The notes below the pieces were generated by a model, which did not search any database, was not told where the DNA came from, and saw nothing but the letters and a program-made list of their open reading frames with translations. From a virus, in IMG/VR virus record IMGVR_UViG_3300042486_001390, positions 26,565 through 90,564 of that record: a stretch of DNA of 64,000 nucleotides; one strand, written 5' to 3'. Position 1 is the stretch's first letter; each line of letters opens with the position of its first letter. The translations under genes and the position numbers were made by a program. Positions 46,887 to 55,162 of the stretch are shown one piece after another.

Positions 46887-47666
46887 TTATGGTGTTCTAT
46901 CGAATCCTGAGTTATTAATGTCAAAAGTGCAATAAAGAAAAGTACCATCTACCGTATCTACAGGACGCATACTATTAACAATATCATTGCTTAATCGACA
47001 ATAAATTAGCCATTCATAAATTCCTTTTACCTGATAATCAGAAAGGTCACGATAAAGAAAATCTTTTTTTGATCCTTTCATTTCTTCATGAAAGTCGAGA
47101 ATGGCATTTAAATCATCAGATTGTAACGCAGTTCGAGCAAGATTGAACACTCTAATAGGGCTAGACCATCCCACTATTCGTTGTTCTGCCCCTTCTGTGT
47201 TTTCTAGTAAAGAATTAGAAAACTGAATTTCTGTTTGATAGTCTTTATCTGGAATAATAGGAAATTCAGGAATATTTACTGGGTAAGGATCATCAGGAAA
47301 ATCAGTTTGATTAATGACACGAATAATGTCAATTACTGTAACATCATAAGCTAGTTTTTTGGGTTCGTTTACAGTACCAGAATAAGTGTAATTTCTACTG
47401 GTTCTCTCTAAAGGGATTGTGCCGGCAATTAAACCAGTGTAACGAGAGTTGTACTGATTTTCTGGAATAGAGAAAATACTTACTTGTTGACCGTGTTTGC
47501 TAATTATTTTCCAAAATTGACCAAATAGATTAATTCCACCAACAGGCTTTAATGTCGGTTCTTTGTCCCACGAAATTGGTGTACCAGTACGCCAAAATAT
47601 AGGATTATCTTGACTCCCATTTAAGCTTTTTTCTCTAGCAGTTCCAAAAACGTGATAATAGATCAT
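46887..47666 (-). CDS. Tail-tip protein carrying the DUF2460 N-half
   Basis: GAEQRIVGWSSPIRVFNL...ILDFHEEMKG...FLYRDLSD. Confidence 0.7.
   Translation of the reverse strand: MIYYHVFGTAREKSLNGSQDNPIFWRTGTPISWDKEPTLKPVGGINLFGQFWKIISKHGQQVSIFSIPENQYNSRYTGLIAGTIPLERTSRNYTYSGTVNEPKKLAYDVTVIDIIRVINQTDFPDDPYPVNIPEFPIIPDKDYQTEIQFSNSLLENTEGAEQRIVGWSSPIRVFNLARTALQSDDLNAILDFHEEMKGSKKDFLYRDLSDYQVKGIYEWLIYCRLSNDIVNSMRPVDTVDGTFLYCTFDINNSGFDRTP
46889..46974. repeat. 86-bp perfect direct repeat (second copy 48533-48618)
   Basis: ATGGTGTTCTATCGAATCC...GGACGCATACTA at both sites. Confidence 0.95.
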
Positions 47667-47667
47667 A

Positions 47668-48534
47668 CTAAACTATCCCTGTAGCCCACACTCTCATTAA
47701 TATTGATTCGTTCCCCATTTTTGCGACACACTTCCAGTAAGGATTATTAGAGCCATCACGATCAACTGCTGTATTTCGATATGTTCCCCCCACAGAAAGA
47801 TTTAAAGAAGATTTTAGAACATTTGGGATATATCCAACGGCTTTATTAGGAGCTACATTATCTCTTAAATAAAATTCTGTTGTATTTGCGCCTGGCGTAG
47901 CGGTTTGACAAGAGACAGGGTAATTGGCAATAGGATCTGGAGTTGTTGCTCCTGGGAACACAAAGTTTTGCCTATCATTCACTCCCAATGATGGACGGCC
48001 GGCCGCTCTTGACTCCAAGCTCGGTCCGTCCGTCCATAAAAAATACGCATTCTGAACAAAAGCCGATTGAGAAAACAAAGGGTCTTTTAGCCATCCGCAA
48101 CTAAAAAAGTGGTGCGCACCACTATTATTATCAACGAAAATACTTAAACTGTGCGAATTTAAAACTGCCCAACAATAAGATAAAGAACGGTCAAAAATAC
48201 TACCAAACAAGTCAAGACAGTCTATTCCACAATATTGGGCATCGGCATCCAGCGTCGTCGAGAAGTTTCCCATGTCCTTACTTATTCCAATACGGTTAAA
48301 TCTAAATTTTGACGCAGTTGCAGGCAAACTTAGTGATTCAAAGCTAACTGGTAAAATTAAATTAAATGTAGTAGAATTTGCGAAAGCGCAAGTTTGTCCA
48401 AAAAAACCATTTATCCAGTTAGCACATTGAGTGCTTGTAAATCCCTGCGACTCCGGGGCCCAATCTAGATTATTAGTTGTCCAGCCATAATAAGAATTGC
48501 CGGCGTTGTCATTATTAATTAAAGGTAAGTTCAT
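47668..48534 (-). CDS. Putative tail/receptor-binding protein
   Basis: 288 aa, rich in N/S/T/W, within the tail-tip cluster. Confidence 0.5.
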   Translation of the reverse strand: MNLPLINNDNAGNSYYGWTTNNLDWAPESQGFTSTQCANWINGFFGQTCAFANSTTFNLILPVSFESLSLPATASKFRFNRIGISKDMGNFSTTLDADAQYCGIDCLDLFGSIFDRSLSYCWAVLNSHSLSIFVDNNSGAHHFFSCGWLKDPLFSQSAFVQNAYFLWTDGPSLESRAAGRPSLGVNDRQNFVFPGATTPDPIANYPVSCQTATPGANTTEFYLRDNVAPNKAVGYIPNVLKSSLNLSVGGTYRNTAVDRDGSNNPYWKCVAKMGNESILMRVWATGIV

Positions 48535-48707
48535 GGTGTTCTATCGAATCCTGAGTTATTAATGTCAAAAGTGCAATAAAGAAAAGTACCATCTACCGTA
48601 TCTACAGGACGCATACTACTAATTGTAGCATTGCCTAGTTGGCAATAAGTAAATTCGCCGTCAGGAATAAAGGGATTTAAAGCAGGAAAAAACAACCATC
48701 TAGACAT
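48531..48707 (-). CDS. 58-aa peptide with two DG.F.YC motifs (not in the ORF track)
   Basis: MSRWLFFPALNPFIPDGEFTYCQLGNATISSMRPVDTVDGTFLYCTFDINNSGFDRTP; overlaps both neighbours. Confidence 0.7.
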   Translation of the reverse strand: MSRWLFFPALNPFIPDGEFTYCQLGNATISSMRPVDTVDGTFLYCTFDINNSGFDRTP

Positions 48708-49371
48708 ATTTTCTTCCTATAGTAAAAAATAAATGCTTAGGATTATTAACAGCAGAAACAACAAGTTCTAACTTGCTTCCTATGCCAAGAAGATTCCCTG
48801 TTGTTACGGGAACAGTTAATTGAGTAGAAGTAATAGATAGATTATTTAAATTAGGGACATCTATTCCATCAATCTTAACCGATATAGTAGCTGTACCAGA
48901 TTCAGTGACGGCACTAAAGCTTAGGATATTATACCCTCTTAATAAAGCGAAATCAAGAGGATAAGTTTGAACAATAGGAGCTTCTATATCCCCAGAGTAT
49001 TGATCAAAACTAGAAACAAGTACCCAGTTTGTGCCATTAAAAAATATTGTTTCTCCAGAAACAGAAAAAACTGTTAGTCCGATAAAAGGCTGCCAGAATT
49101 TCCAAGTTCCTGTAGGCAAGCCATTCAAGCCAATTACGGGACAAGCTATCTGATTAGTCTTTCCCACCCATGCCCCAGTAGCTCCTGCGGGGACAATATA
49201 GTAGCTATCTATACTTTGAGGAATTGGGGGTGTGGCAAGGGTACGGGAAAGAATAGGCGCGGAGCCTATAGAAATAAGTCTAAATAGCTCGTTCGCTATT
49301 TGTTCTTTGTATTCCTGGGAAGATGCCAGCAATAACCCATTAGAGCCGAATATTGTCCCAGCCATCTCCAA
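48700..49371 (-). CDS. DUF2793-like tail protein
   Basis: ATPP...YIVPAGATGAWVGKTNQIA...W.F..P..G. Confidence 0.75.
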   Translation of the reverse strand: MEMAGTIFGSNGLLLASSQEYKEQIANELFRLISIGSAPILSRTLATPPIPQSIDSYYIVPAGATGAWVGKTNQIACPVIGLNGLPTGTWKFWQPFIGLTVFSVSGETIFFNGTNWVLVSSFDQYSGDIEAPIVQTYPLDFALLRGYNILSFSAVTESGTATISVKIDGIDVPNLNNLSITSTQLTVPVTTGNLLGIGSKLELVVSAVNNPKHLFFTIGRKYV

Positions 49372-51148
49372 ATTCCTCTGCCATCTTAGCTTTTACCCAG
49401 TTATTATTTTCGATTTTACAAAGACTTTTCAAGTAAGCCTCGTAATTATTCAAGTCTTTTACAGTATAGTCTTTTTTGAAGATTGCGTGTAACTTCCAAG
49501 ATTTAGGGGGCATCCAGTCTTTGCTTAGTCTAGGATTTTTAAATGTTTTGATCAGCCATCCCCGGACACTTTCAATATGCTCACCTTTTTTGTAAGCTTC
49601 TCTGAGAGCGTACTTGTAGGCTAGGTATAATTCTCTATCTTTATCGTGAATTATAATCTCTAGTCTTTCGTTGGCGATTTGTTTTTTTTCTTTTGTTGGA
49701 AATTCATAGCCACAATGAGGACAAATACGAGCGGAAGCGTAGGTTATTTTATTGCAATTTTCGCACTCTTTAGTCGGAGCTTGCCCTTTTTGGGCATCAG
49801 AAGACGTAGAAAGTTGAGGATACTTTACATCCTCGATAAATCCATGCTCGGTTACGTTCCCCGCTTGATCCAAAATCAGACAATCAATCTTGCCCAACCA
49901 GCTACAGAGCCGTTGACCCCGACCAGTCATCTGAATATAAAGAGTTCTGCTTTTTGTCGGTCTAGCGTGAATAATGCAAGAAATTGCGGGCAAGTTAAAT
50001 CCTATCCCGCAGGTATTAATATTTACAATCCCCCGCAATCTCAATTCAGCTACTTTTCTAAATATTTCTCTTCTTTCCTGCTCTGGTGTTTCGGCTGTGA
50101 TAATGGCCGTGGGAACACCCCTCTCGTTAAATTCTGTACAGAGCATTTTAGCGTGTTCTACACCCGTAGCAAAACAAACGAATTGTCTCCCTTGACCGAG
50201 CCTGCGATACTCGGAAACTGTTGATTTTACCGCCTCAAGACAACGAATCTCTAACTGACTAGCGTCAAAATCACCGCCATTAATTTTTACTCCTTTAGTA
50301 TTAATTTTATTTTTAGTTCCAAAATAAACACAACCGACAAGCGCACCCCGTTCGATCATTTCTTTTGGAGTGGGGCCAACTATTTGAACCTCAAAAATAT
50401 CTCCCAACTCTTCACGCGGAGTTGCTGTTAGTCCAATTAAGAGGCGATTATCTACTGGTAGGGTTTTCCCTAAAAAAAGGTGCTGTTGTTTCCGAATTAC
50501 TCCCCATGCTAAGTTTATTTCTTGTAATATCTCTTTTGACTCAGCGTAAACTAGACTAAGGTGTTTGCATTTTTCTTTAGCTTCCTCAAAAGTAATTTTG
50601 TAAGGTTCTATATCTTCTCTTTCTACGGCAATCCCTAATACCGCTAATTCATCACGAATATCTTTAATTGAGGTTGTTTGTTTACCGTTCTTAAGATTGG
50701 GAAAGCTATTTTTAAACCATTGGCAGTAAGCTGATAGATGAACTTCATCGGCTAGTATTACTTCGGGATTAAACCAAGCAATATCTCGTCCTCTGGACAA
50801 GGTTTGAGTTGTTGCGATTTGTACTAATTGGCTTCTATTTTCCCTGTAGTTACCAGCAATTACCCCAGCAGATAGTCCAAATTTTTCTAGAGTTTCTAGG
50901 GTTTGCTCAATAAGCACCCTAAAAGGTACTACGATTAAAGTCCGACGCTGCCTTTTTACAGCAGCGTCGTAGATTATTTGACACAAAAATACTGTTTTGC
51001 CCCATCCGCAAGGGGCAACTACTAAGGCTCTTTTGTAGATTTTTAGAGCATCATACAGTTCTCTTTTAAGAGCTTTTTGGTCATCTCTTAATTGAATTTG
51101 TGGTTTGGTCGGTACGAAAAGTGTTTGTGTTTGTAGTGTTAGTGTCAT
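49340..51148 (-). CDS. SF2 (DEXH) helicase with C-terminal zinc finger
   Basis: APCGWGKT, DEVH, TAT, QMTGRGQR, CENC...CPHC. Confidence 0.92.
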   Translation of the reverse strand: MTLTLQTQTLFVPTKPQIQLRDDQKALKRELYDALKIYKRALVVAPCGWGKTVFLCQIIYDAAVKRQRRTLIVVPFRVLIEQTLETLEKFGLSAGVIAGNYRENRSQLVQIATTQTLSRGRDIAWFNPEVILADEVHLSAYCQWFKNSFPNLKNGKQTTSIKDIRDELAVLGIAVEREDIEPYKITFEEAKEKCKHLSLVYAESKEILQEINLAWGVIRKQQHLFLGKTLPVDNRLLIGLTATPREELGDIFEVQIVGPTPKEMIERGALVGCVYFGTKNKINTKGVKINGGDFDASQLEIRCLEAVKSTVSEYRRLGQGRQFVCFATGVEHAKMLCTEFNERGVPTAIITAETPEQERREIFRKVAELRLRGIVNINTCGIGFNLPAISCIIHARPTKSRTLYIQMTGRGQRLCSWLGKIDCLILDQAGNVTEHGFIEDVKYPQLSTSSDAQKGQAPTKECENCNKITYASARICPHCGYEFPTKEKKQIANERLEIIIHDKDRELYLAYKYALREAYKKGEHIESVRGWLIKTFKNPRLSKDWMPPKSWKLHAIFKKDYTVKDLNNYEAYLKSLCKIENNNWVKAKMAEEFGDGWDNIRL

Positions 51149-51152
51149 GATA

Positions 51153-51638
51153 TTAGGTGATTGTCTTGATAAAATTTGATATAGCTCCTGCTATTTCGCC
51201 TGTCTTGTCACGAATAAAGGTAATCTCCTCTTGTTTGTCAGAGATTCCAAATGTTGAGTAATACCCATTATCTGGATCACCATACTCTTTACACATGGCT
51301 ATTTCTTTTATTTTTCCTGTTCTTAAATCAAATATCGTACCAGTTACTCTAATTTCTGGTATCAAGCTAAAGCTTGGTATAAAACCACAAAAAACTCTGA
51401 CATGGGCTATGGTCTGACTATCTAAAATAACTTTGGCATTACCTATTAGGCAAATTTGTTGATCGCACTTTATTTCCCATTCCGACCAAAGAAAATTTTT
51501 AAACGCCCAACTGTTCCAGTCAGAATTATCGTTATATTCTTTGTGACAAAAAGCCGCAATTTTTTTAAGTATATCTATTTTTTTTGAGCGTTCCATAGCT
51601 TCTAACTTTTTAAAAAACTCTTCTGCTGTTATTGTCAT
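51153..51638 (-). CDS. Paralog-array protein 1
   Basis: KKIAAFCHKEY...IAGAISNFIK. Confidence 0.65.
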   Translation of the reverse strand: MTITAEEFFKKLEAMERSKKIDILKKIAAFCHKEYNDNSDWNSWAFKNFLWSEWEIKCDQQICLIGNAKVILDSQTIAHVRVFCGFIPSFSLIPEIRVTGTIFDLRTGKIKEIAMCKEYGDPDNGYYSTFGISDKQEEITFIRDKTGEIAGAISNFIKTIT

Positions 51639-51685
51639 AGTGTCACCTTGGTTTATATTTTGGTTTTAATAAAATCTATAGTCAA

Positions 51686-52114
51686 TTACAAGTGACTATT
51701 TTTTTCAACTTTCCTAGACGAGTCTATTTTAGACTGTATTTCATTTTCGATAAAATCTGAGATAGGTCTCATTATTTTCCTTGTTTCTGGTAGTAAAATA
51801 TCCAAATGTTTACCATCTCCTTGTATTTTTTTCTTGTTTGATTTTATTTCAACCCAACTAAGATAAGGTACAGAATTATACTCTAAAGCTAAACAAGCTT
51901 CTACTGTAACTATTAATTTTTTAGAATATTTATTTTGATATTCAATCCACACCCTGTATTGACATTGAGTTGGACTTTGACAAAAAATTTCCAGTGTTCC
52001 CTGTAGATAGGAAAATCCGTCTTCTGTCTTTATTTGCCATTCTGAGTAATTAGAATGGCTAAAAGTTTCTCTGCAAAAAACCTCAATTTGTTTTAATGCT
52101 TCTATTTTGTTCAT
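51686..52114 (-). CDS. Paralog-array protein 2
   Basis: KQIEVFCRETF...RKIMRPISDFIENEIQ. Confidence 0.7.
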   Translation of the reverse strand: MNKIEALKQIEVFCRETFSHSNYSEWQIKTEDGFSYLQGTLEIFCQSPTQCQYRVWIEYQNKYSKKLIVTVEACLALEYNSVPYLSWVEIKSNKKKIQGDGKHLDILLPETRKIMRPISDFIENEIQSKIDSSRKVEKNSHL

Positions 52115-52119
52115 TAGTA

Positions 52120-52596
52120 TTAATCCTTAATCTCAATTGTTTTGATAAAACCTAAAATAGTCTCCATTATCTTTGTTGCTTCTGGAATCAATATATTGAA
52201 CTCTTCTTTGTTTCCGTTTGGATAAAGATTATATCTTGAAGTTTCATTGTTTTTGTCAAGACTGTAGTTCCAATGCAGGACAACTAAAGACCCGACTAAC
52301 GTACCTTCTATTGTGATTTTTTCAAAGCATTTGTTTATCAATTGATATTCAGTCGAAATTTCTCGACATTCAATCAAAACTTCATACTTTTTGTTTTTTA
52401 TTAACTTACCATAAGTTTTGTAAAGATAATCTTCGTTAATTACCAAAGTTCCTATTAAACGAATACATTTGTCGTCTGCGACTGTATCCCACTCTGAGAT
52501 GTCCACTGTATCGTATTCGGAGATACTCATTTGCTCAAAAGGTTTTTTAAAGAAATCTCTGATTTCTTTAAGTGACGCTTTTTTTAATAGTTCCAT
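52120..52596 (-). CDS. Paralog-array protein 3
   Basis: KEIRDFFKKPF...TKIMETILGFIK. Confidence 0.65.
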   Translation of the reverse strand: MELLKKASLKEIRDFFKKPFEQMSISEYDTVDISEWDTVADDKCIRLIGTLVINEDYLYKTYGKLIKNKKYEVLIECREISTEYQLINKCFEKITIEGTLVGSLVVLHWNYSLDKNNETSRYNLYPNGNKEEFNILIPEATKIMETILGFIKTIEIKD

Positions 52597-52606
52597 TGTT
52601 ATTACC

Positions 52607-52939
52607 TCAAATACAAATAACTAAATCGCCGACACAAACATTGACAAATTCCTTGCAGTCGTATCGAGAATTATTGCAAGCTTGAATAATAGAGGTATTT
52701 TCTTCAACAGAAATAATCATTCCTGACCCTTTATAAAGAATACGATGACCAATGAAGTCCCTAGTTATCGGGTCGTATATTGGCTTGTTTGTAATCGAAT
52801 AAACTAGATGAGAAGTATCTATTCGGATACAATTTAATTTACCACGGTTTATTACTACTTTAAAATTATCGATAACTTCAATTACCTTAGCTGGATACGT
52901 TCCTTTAGGCGGAAGTCCTAACTCTTTGTTTGTCGCCAT
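52607..52939 (-). CDS. FlgT-C-like small beta protein
   Basis: AKVIEV...VVINRG...IYDPIT. Confidence 0.5.
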   Translation of the reverse strand: MATNKELGLPPKGTYPAKVIEVIDNFKVVINRGKLNCIRIDTSHLVYSITNKPIYDPITRDFIGHRILYKGSGMIISVEENTSIIQACNNSRYDCKEFVNVCVGDLVICI

Positions 52940-52962
52940 TGTTTTAACTCTTAGTAATGTTT

Positions 52963-53337
52963 TTACTCTTGGATTTCATCGAGAATAAAGTTAAAAATAT
53001 TTAACATTATTTTTCGAGATTGTTTGGATAATAGCCAATCTTTTTCATTCCATATTTTGGCTGTCTCATAAAGAGTAAAATCTATGTCACTATCTTTTTC
53101 AAAATTTATCCAAACGTGAAACGTGCCTAGCCAGACTATAGGAGATGATATTTTAGAAGAACCTAAAATATATTCAAATTCACATTCTTTGTGAACCCCT
53201 AATGTTAATTCAATAAAAGAATCTGATCCATAAATATATGTTGAGTCTTTTCTTGCAGATTTGATGTCCCATTTTAAATCTGGGTATTTTTCTTTACAAA
53301 ACTTAAATAGTTTTTCCGCTACTAACTGTGTGTCCAT
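52963..53337 (-). CDS. Paralog-array protein 4
   Basis: AEKLFKFCKEKYPDLKW...RKIMLNIFNFILDEIQE. Confidence 0.75.
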   Translation of the reverse strand: MDTQLVAEKLFKFCKEKYPDLKWDIKSARKDSTYIYGSDSFIELTLGVHKECEFEYILGSSKISSPIVWLGTFHVWINFEKDSDIDFTLYETAKIWNEKDWLLSKQSRKIMLNIFNFILDEIQE

Positions 53338-53350
53338 GTGTTGCTCCTAT

Positions 53351-53749
53351 TTACTCTTGAATCTCATCGAGAATGAAATTAAAAATGTCTAGCATTACTT
53401 TTCGGTATTGACTAACTAATTTCCAATCTTCTGCACTCCATAGCTCATGTCTATAATAGGCAAGATTCTCAAAAACTATAATGTCTTCATACCAATCATG
53501 ACAGAACTCAGTAGGAGGATTTATCCAAATTTTAAACCTTCCTATAAGATTATCTTGCCACTGAACACACTTAAGTCGTCCGTCTAATCCCGTACAAAAA
53601 CCGTATCTAATCTCTATGTTGTCATTAGAAAAAGTTAAGCATTGAATGATTTTGTAGTCATTATCTGTAAAATCAAAATTCCAGTCTAAATCTGGGTATT
53701 TTTCTTTACAGAAATTGAATATTTTTTCTGCTGCTTGTTGTGTGTCCAT
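53351..53749 (-). CDS. Paralog-array protein 5
   Basis: AEKIFNFCKEKYPDLDW...RKVMLDIFNFILDEIQE. Confidence 0.75.
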   Translation of the reverse strand: MDTQQAAEKIFNFCKEKYPDLDWNFDFTDNDYKIIQCLTFSNDNIEIRYGFCTGLDGRLKCVQWQDNLIGRFKIWINPPTEFCHDWYEDIIVFENLAYYRHELWSAEDWKLVSQYRKVMLDIFNFILDEIQE

Positions 53750-53764
53750 CAGTGTTACTCCTAT

Positions 53765-54211
53765 TTAATCTTGGATTTCGTCTTCAATAAAATTAAAGAT
53801 TTCTCTCACTATTTTTCTGGCTTTTTTTACTAAAAGCCAGCTATCATCATTCCACTCGTCATGAGTGGCAATCATAAACTCTAACTCGCTATCCTTATCG
53901 TGGTTTAGATTTACTTTAAAACTACCTGACCAGGGAAGTAAAGATTTTTCTTCTGATTGAGATATTAAAAGCAACGCCAGTATATAATCGTAAGTAGCTT
54001 CTTTTTCGTAAGAATAGAATTCTTGTTTTTCCTCTGAGCAAATTTCTAGCTCTAATTTAAACTCAGAGCAAGAGCCAAGAATAAGTAAAGCATTCCTACA
54101 ACCATCAATATTACTATAAGAATAATCCCAAGACCATTTTAAATCTGGATATTTTTCTTCACAAAAATTAAACAGTTTTTCCGCTACTAACCGTGCGTCC
54201 ATTAGTGTCAC
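53765..54211 (-). CDS. Paralog-array protein 6
   Basis: AEKLFNFCEEKYPDLKW...RKIVREIFNFIEDEIQD. Confidence 0.75.
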   Translation of the reverse strand: MTLMDARLVAEKLFNFCEEKYPDLKWSWDYSYSNIDGCRNALLILGSCSEFKLELEICSEEKQEFYSYEKEATYDYILALLLISQSEEKSLLPWSGSFKVNLNHDKDSELEFMIATHDEWNDDSWLLVKKARKIVREIFNFIEDEIQD

Positions 54212-54229
54212 TCTTGTTGGGTGAAATTA

Positions 54230-54412
54230 CTAGGAAATACCTACTGTTTCTTCTACTACGATGCCATGATGCCCGTTGCGGCTTAAAGCGTCTAAATAAG
54301 CCATTAATCGGCTTTCGTGCATAGAAGTTTTAATCTTACAAGGTTTATTTCTTCTATCTATTGTCCTGATCGTGTATCTCATTGTCTCCAATCCTTTAGG
54401 TGTCTTTTGCAA
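54230..54412 (-). CDS. Hypothetical protein
   Basis: GGAG RBS before the internal MRYTIR. Confidence 0.45.
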   Translation of the reverse strand: MQKTPKGLETMRYTIRTIDRRNKPCKIKTSMHESRLMAYLDALSRNGHHGIVVEETVGIS

Positions 54413-54718
54413 TTTTCTAGATGCGCTTTAAGCCTTTTGGCAGACTCTTGTTCTTCCGTTCCTCTGATAAGTCCTTTGTTCTTATCAATGTCATCCTGAC
54501 TTACCAACTTTTTCGACACTTTTTTAGTTTCTTTTTCCATAATCACACCTTTGCTTTTTTAAACAATACCGTACAATAGGCTCAAATTAACTCTGTAGTC
54601 TTTATAGGCCTCGTTCATATCTAATAATAAAGCCGATATAATTACTAAATAAGCCAAAATCGTTAGCCAAAAAATTACACAATATAGTTGTTTTTTTGAG
54701 TTTGTTGTCATTTTACAC

Positions 54719-54907
54719 TTACACCTTTACTTTTTTAAAACCTCGTTGTTCCAAAACTTTATTATACTCCTGAATTTTAGAGTATAAAATGGCACGTTTT
54801 TTTTGGACATTTTCCCCAGATTCTTGTTTAGAACTCCGATATTGTCCAGCATAGAAATTAGCGTAATAACTAATTTCATTGTTTTTCATGTTTACGATAA
54901 GCTTCAT
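54719..54907 (-). CDS. Hypothetical protein with its own promoter
   Basis: TTGACA-N17-TAAGAT upstream, AAGGAG RBS. Confidence 0.6.
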   Translation of the reverse strand: MKLIVNMKNNEISYYANFYAGQYRSSKQESGENVQKKRAILYSKIQEYNKVLEQRGFKKVKV

Positions 54908-54958
54908 GATTTTCTCCTTGATTCATTACTTAAATCTTACATTATTTTACTAGAATTG

Positions 54959-55162
54959 TCAAGAAATTTCTGTAAAATCTTCTTTGCGAAAACAGTAAAA
55001 ATGTTCTCCTTTTGTGAGATGATCGAGTGACTCAAAATGGTAATATATTCCTATGGCAGTCTTGACAATCCCCAGTGGTTTACATTGGGGGAAAATACGT
55101 CCATAGGAATTGACACGATAAACCTTTTCAGGGTATCGAGAGGGAATGTATTGTCCAATCAT
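54959..55162 (-). CDS. Hypothetical protein
   Basis: Coupled to the primase stop codon. Confidence 0.5.
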   Translation of the reverse strand: MIGQYIPSRYPEKVYRVNSYGRIFPQCKPLGIVKTAIGIYYHFESLDHLTKGEHFYCFRKEDFTEIS

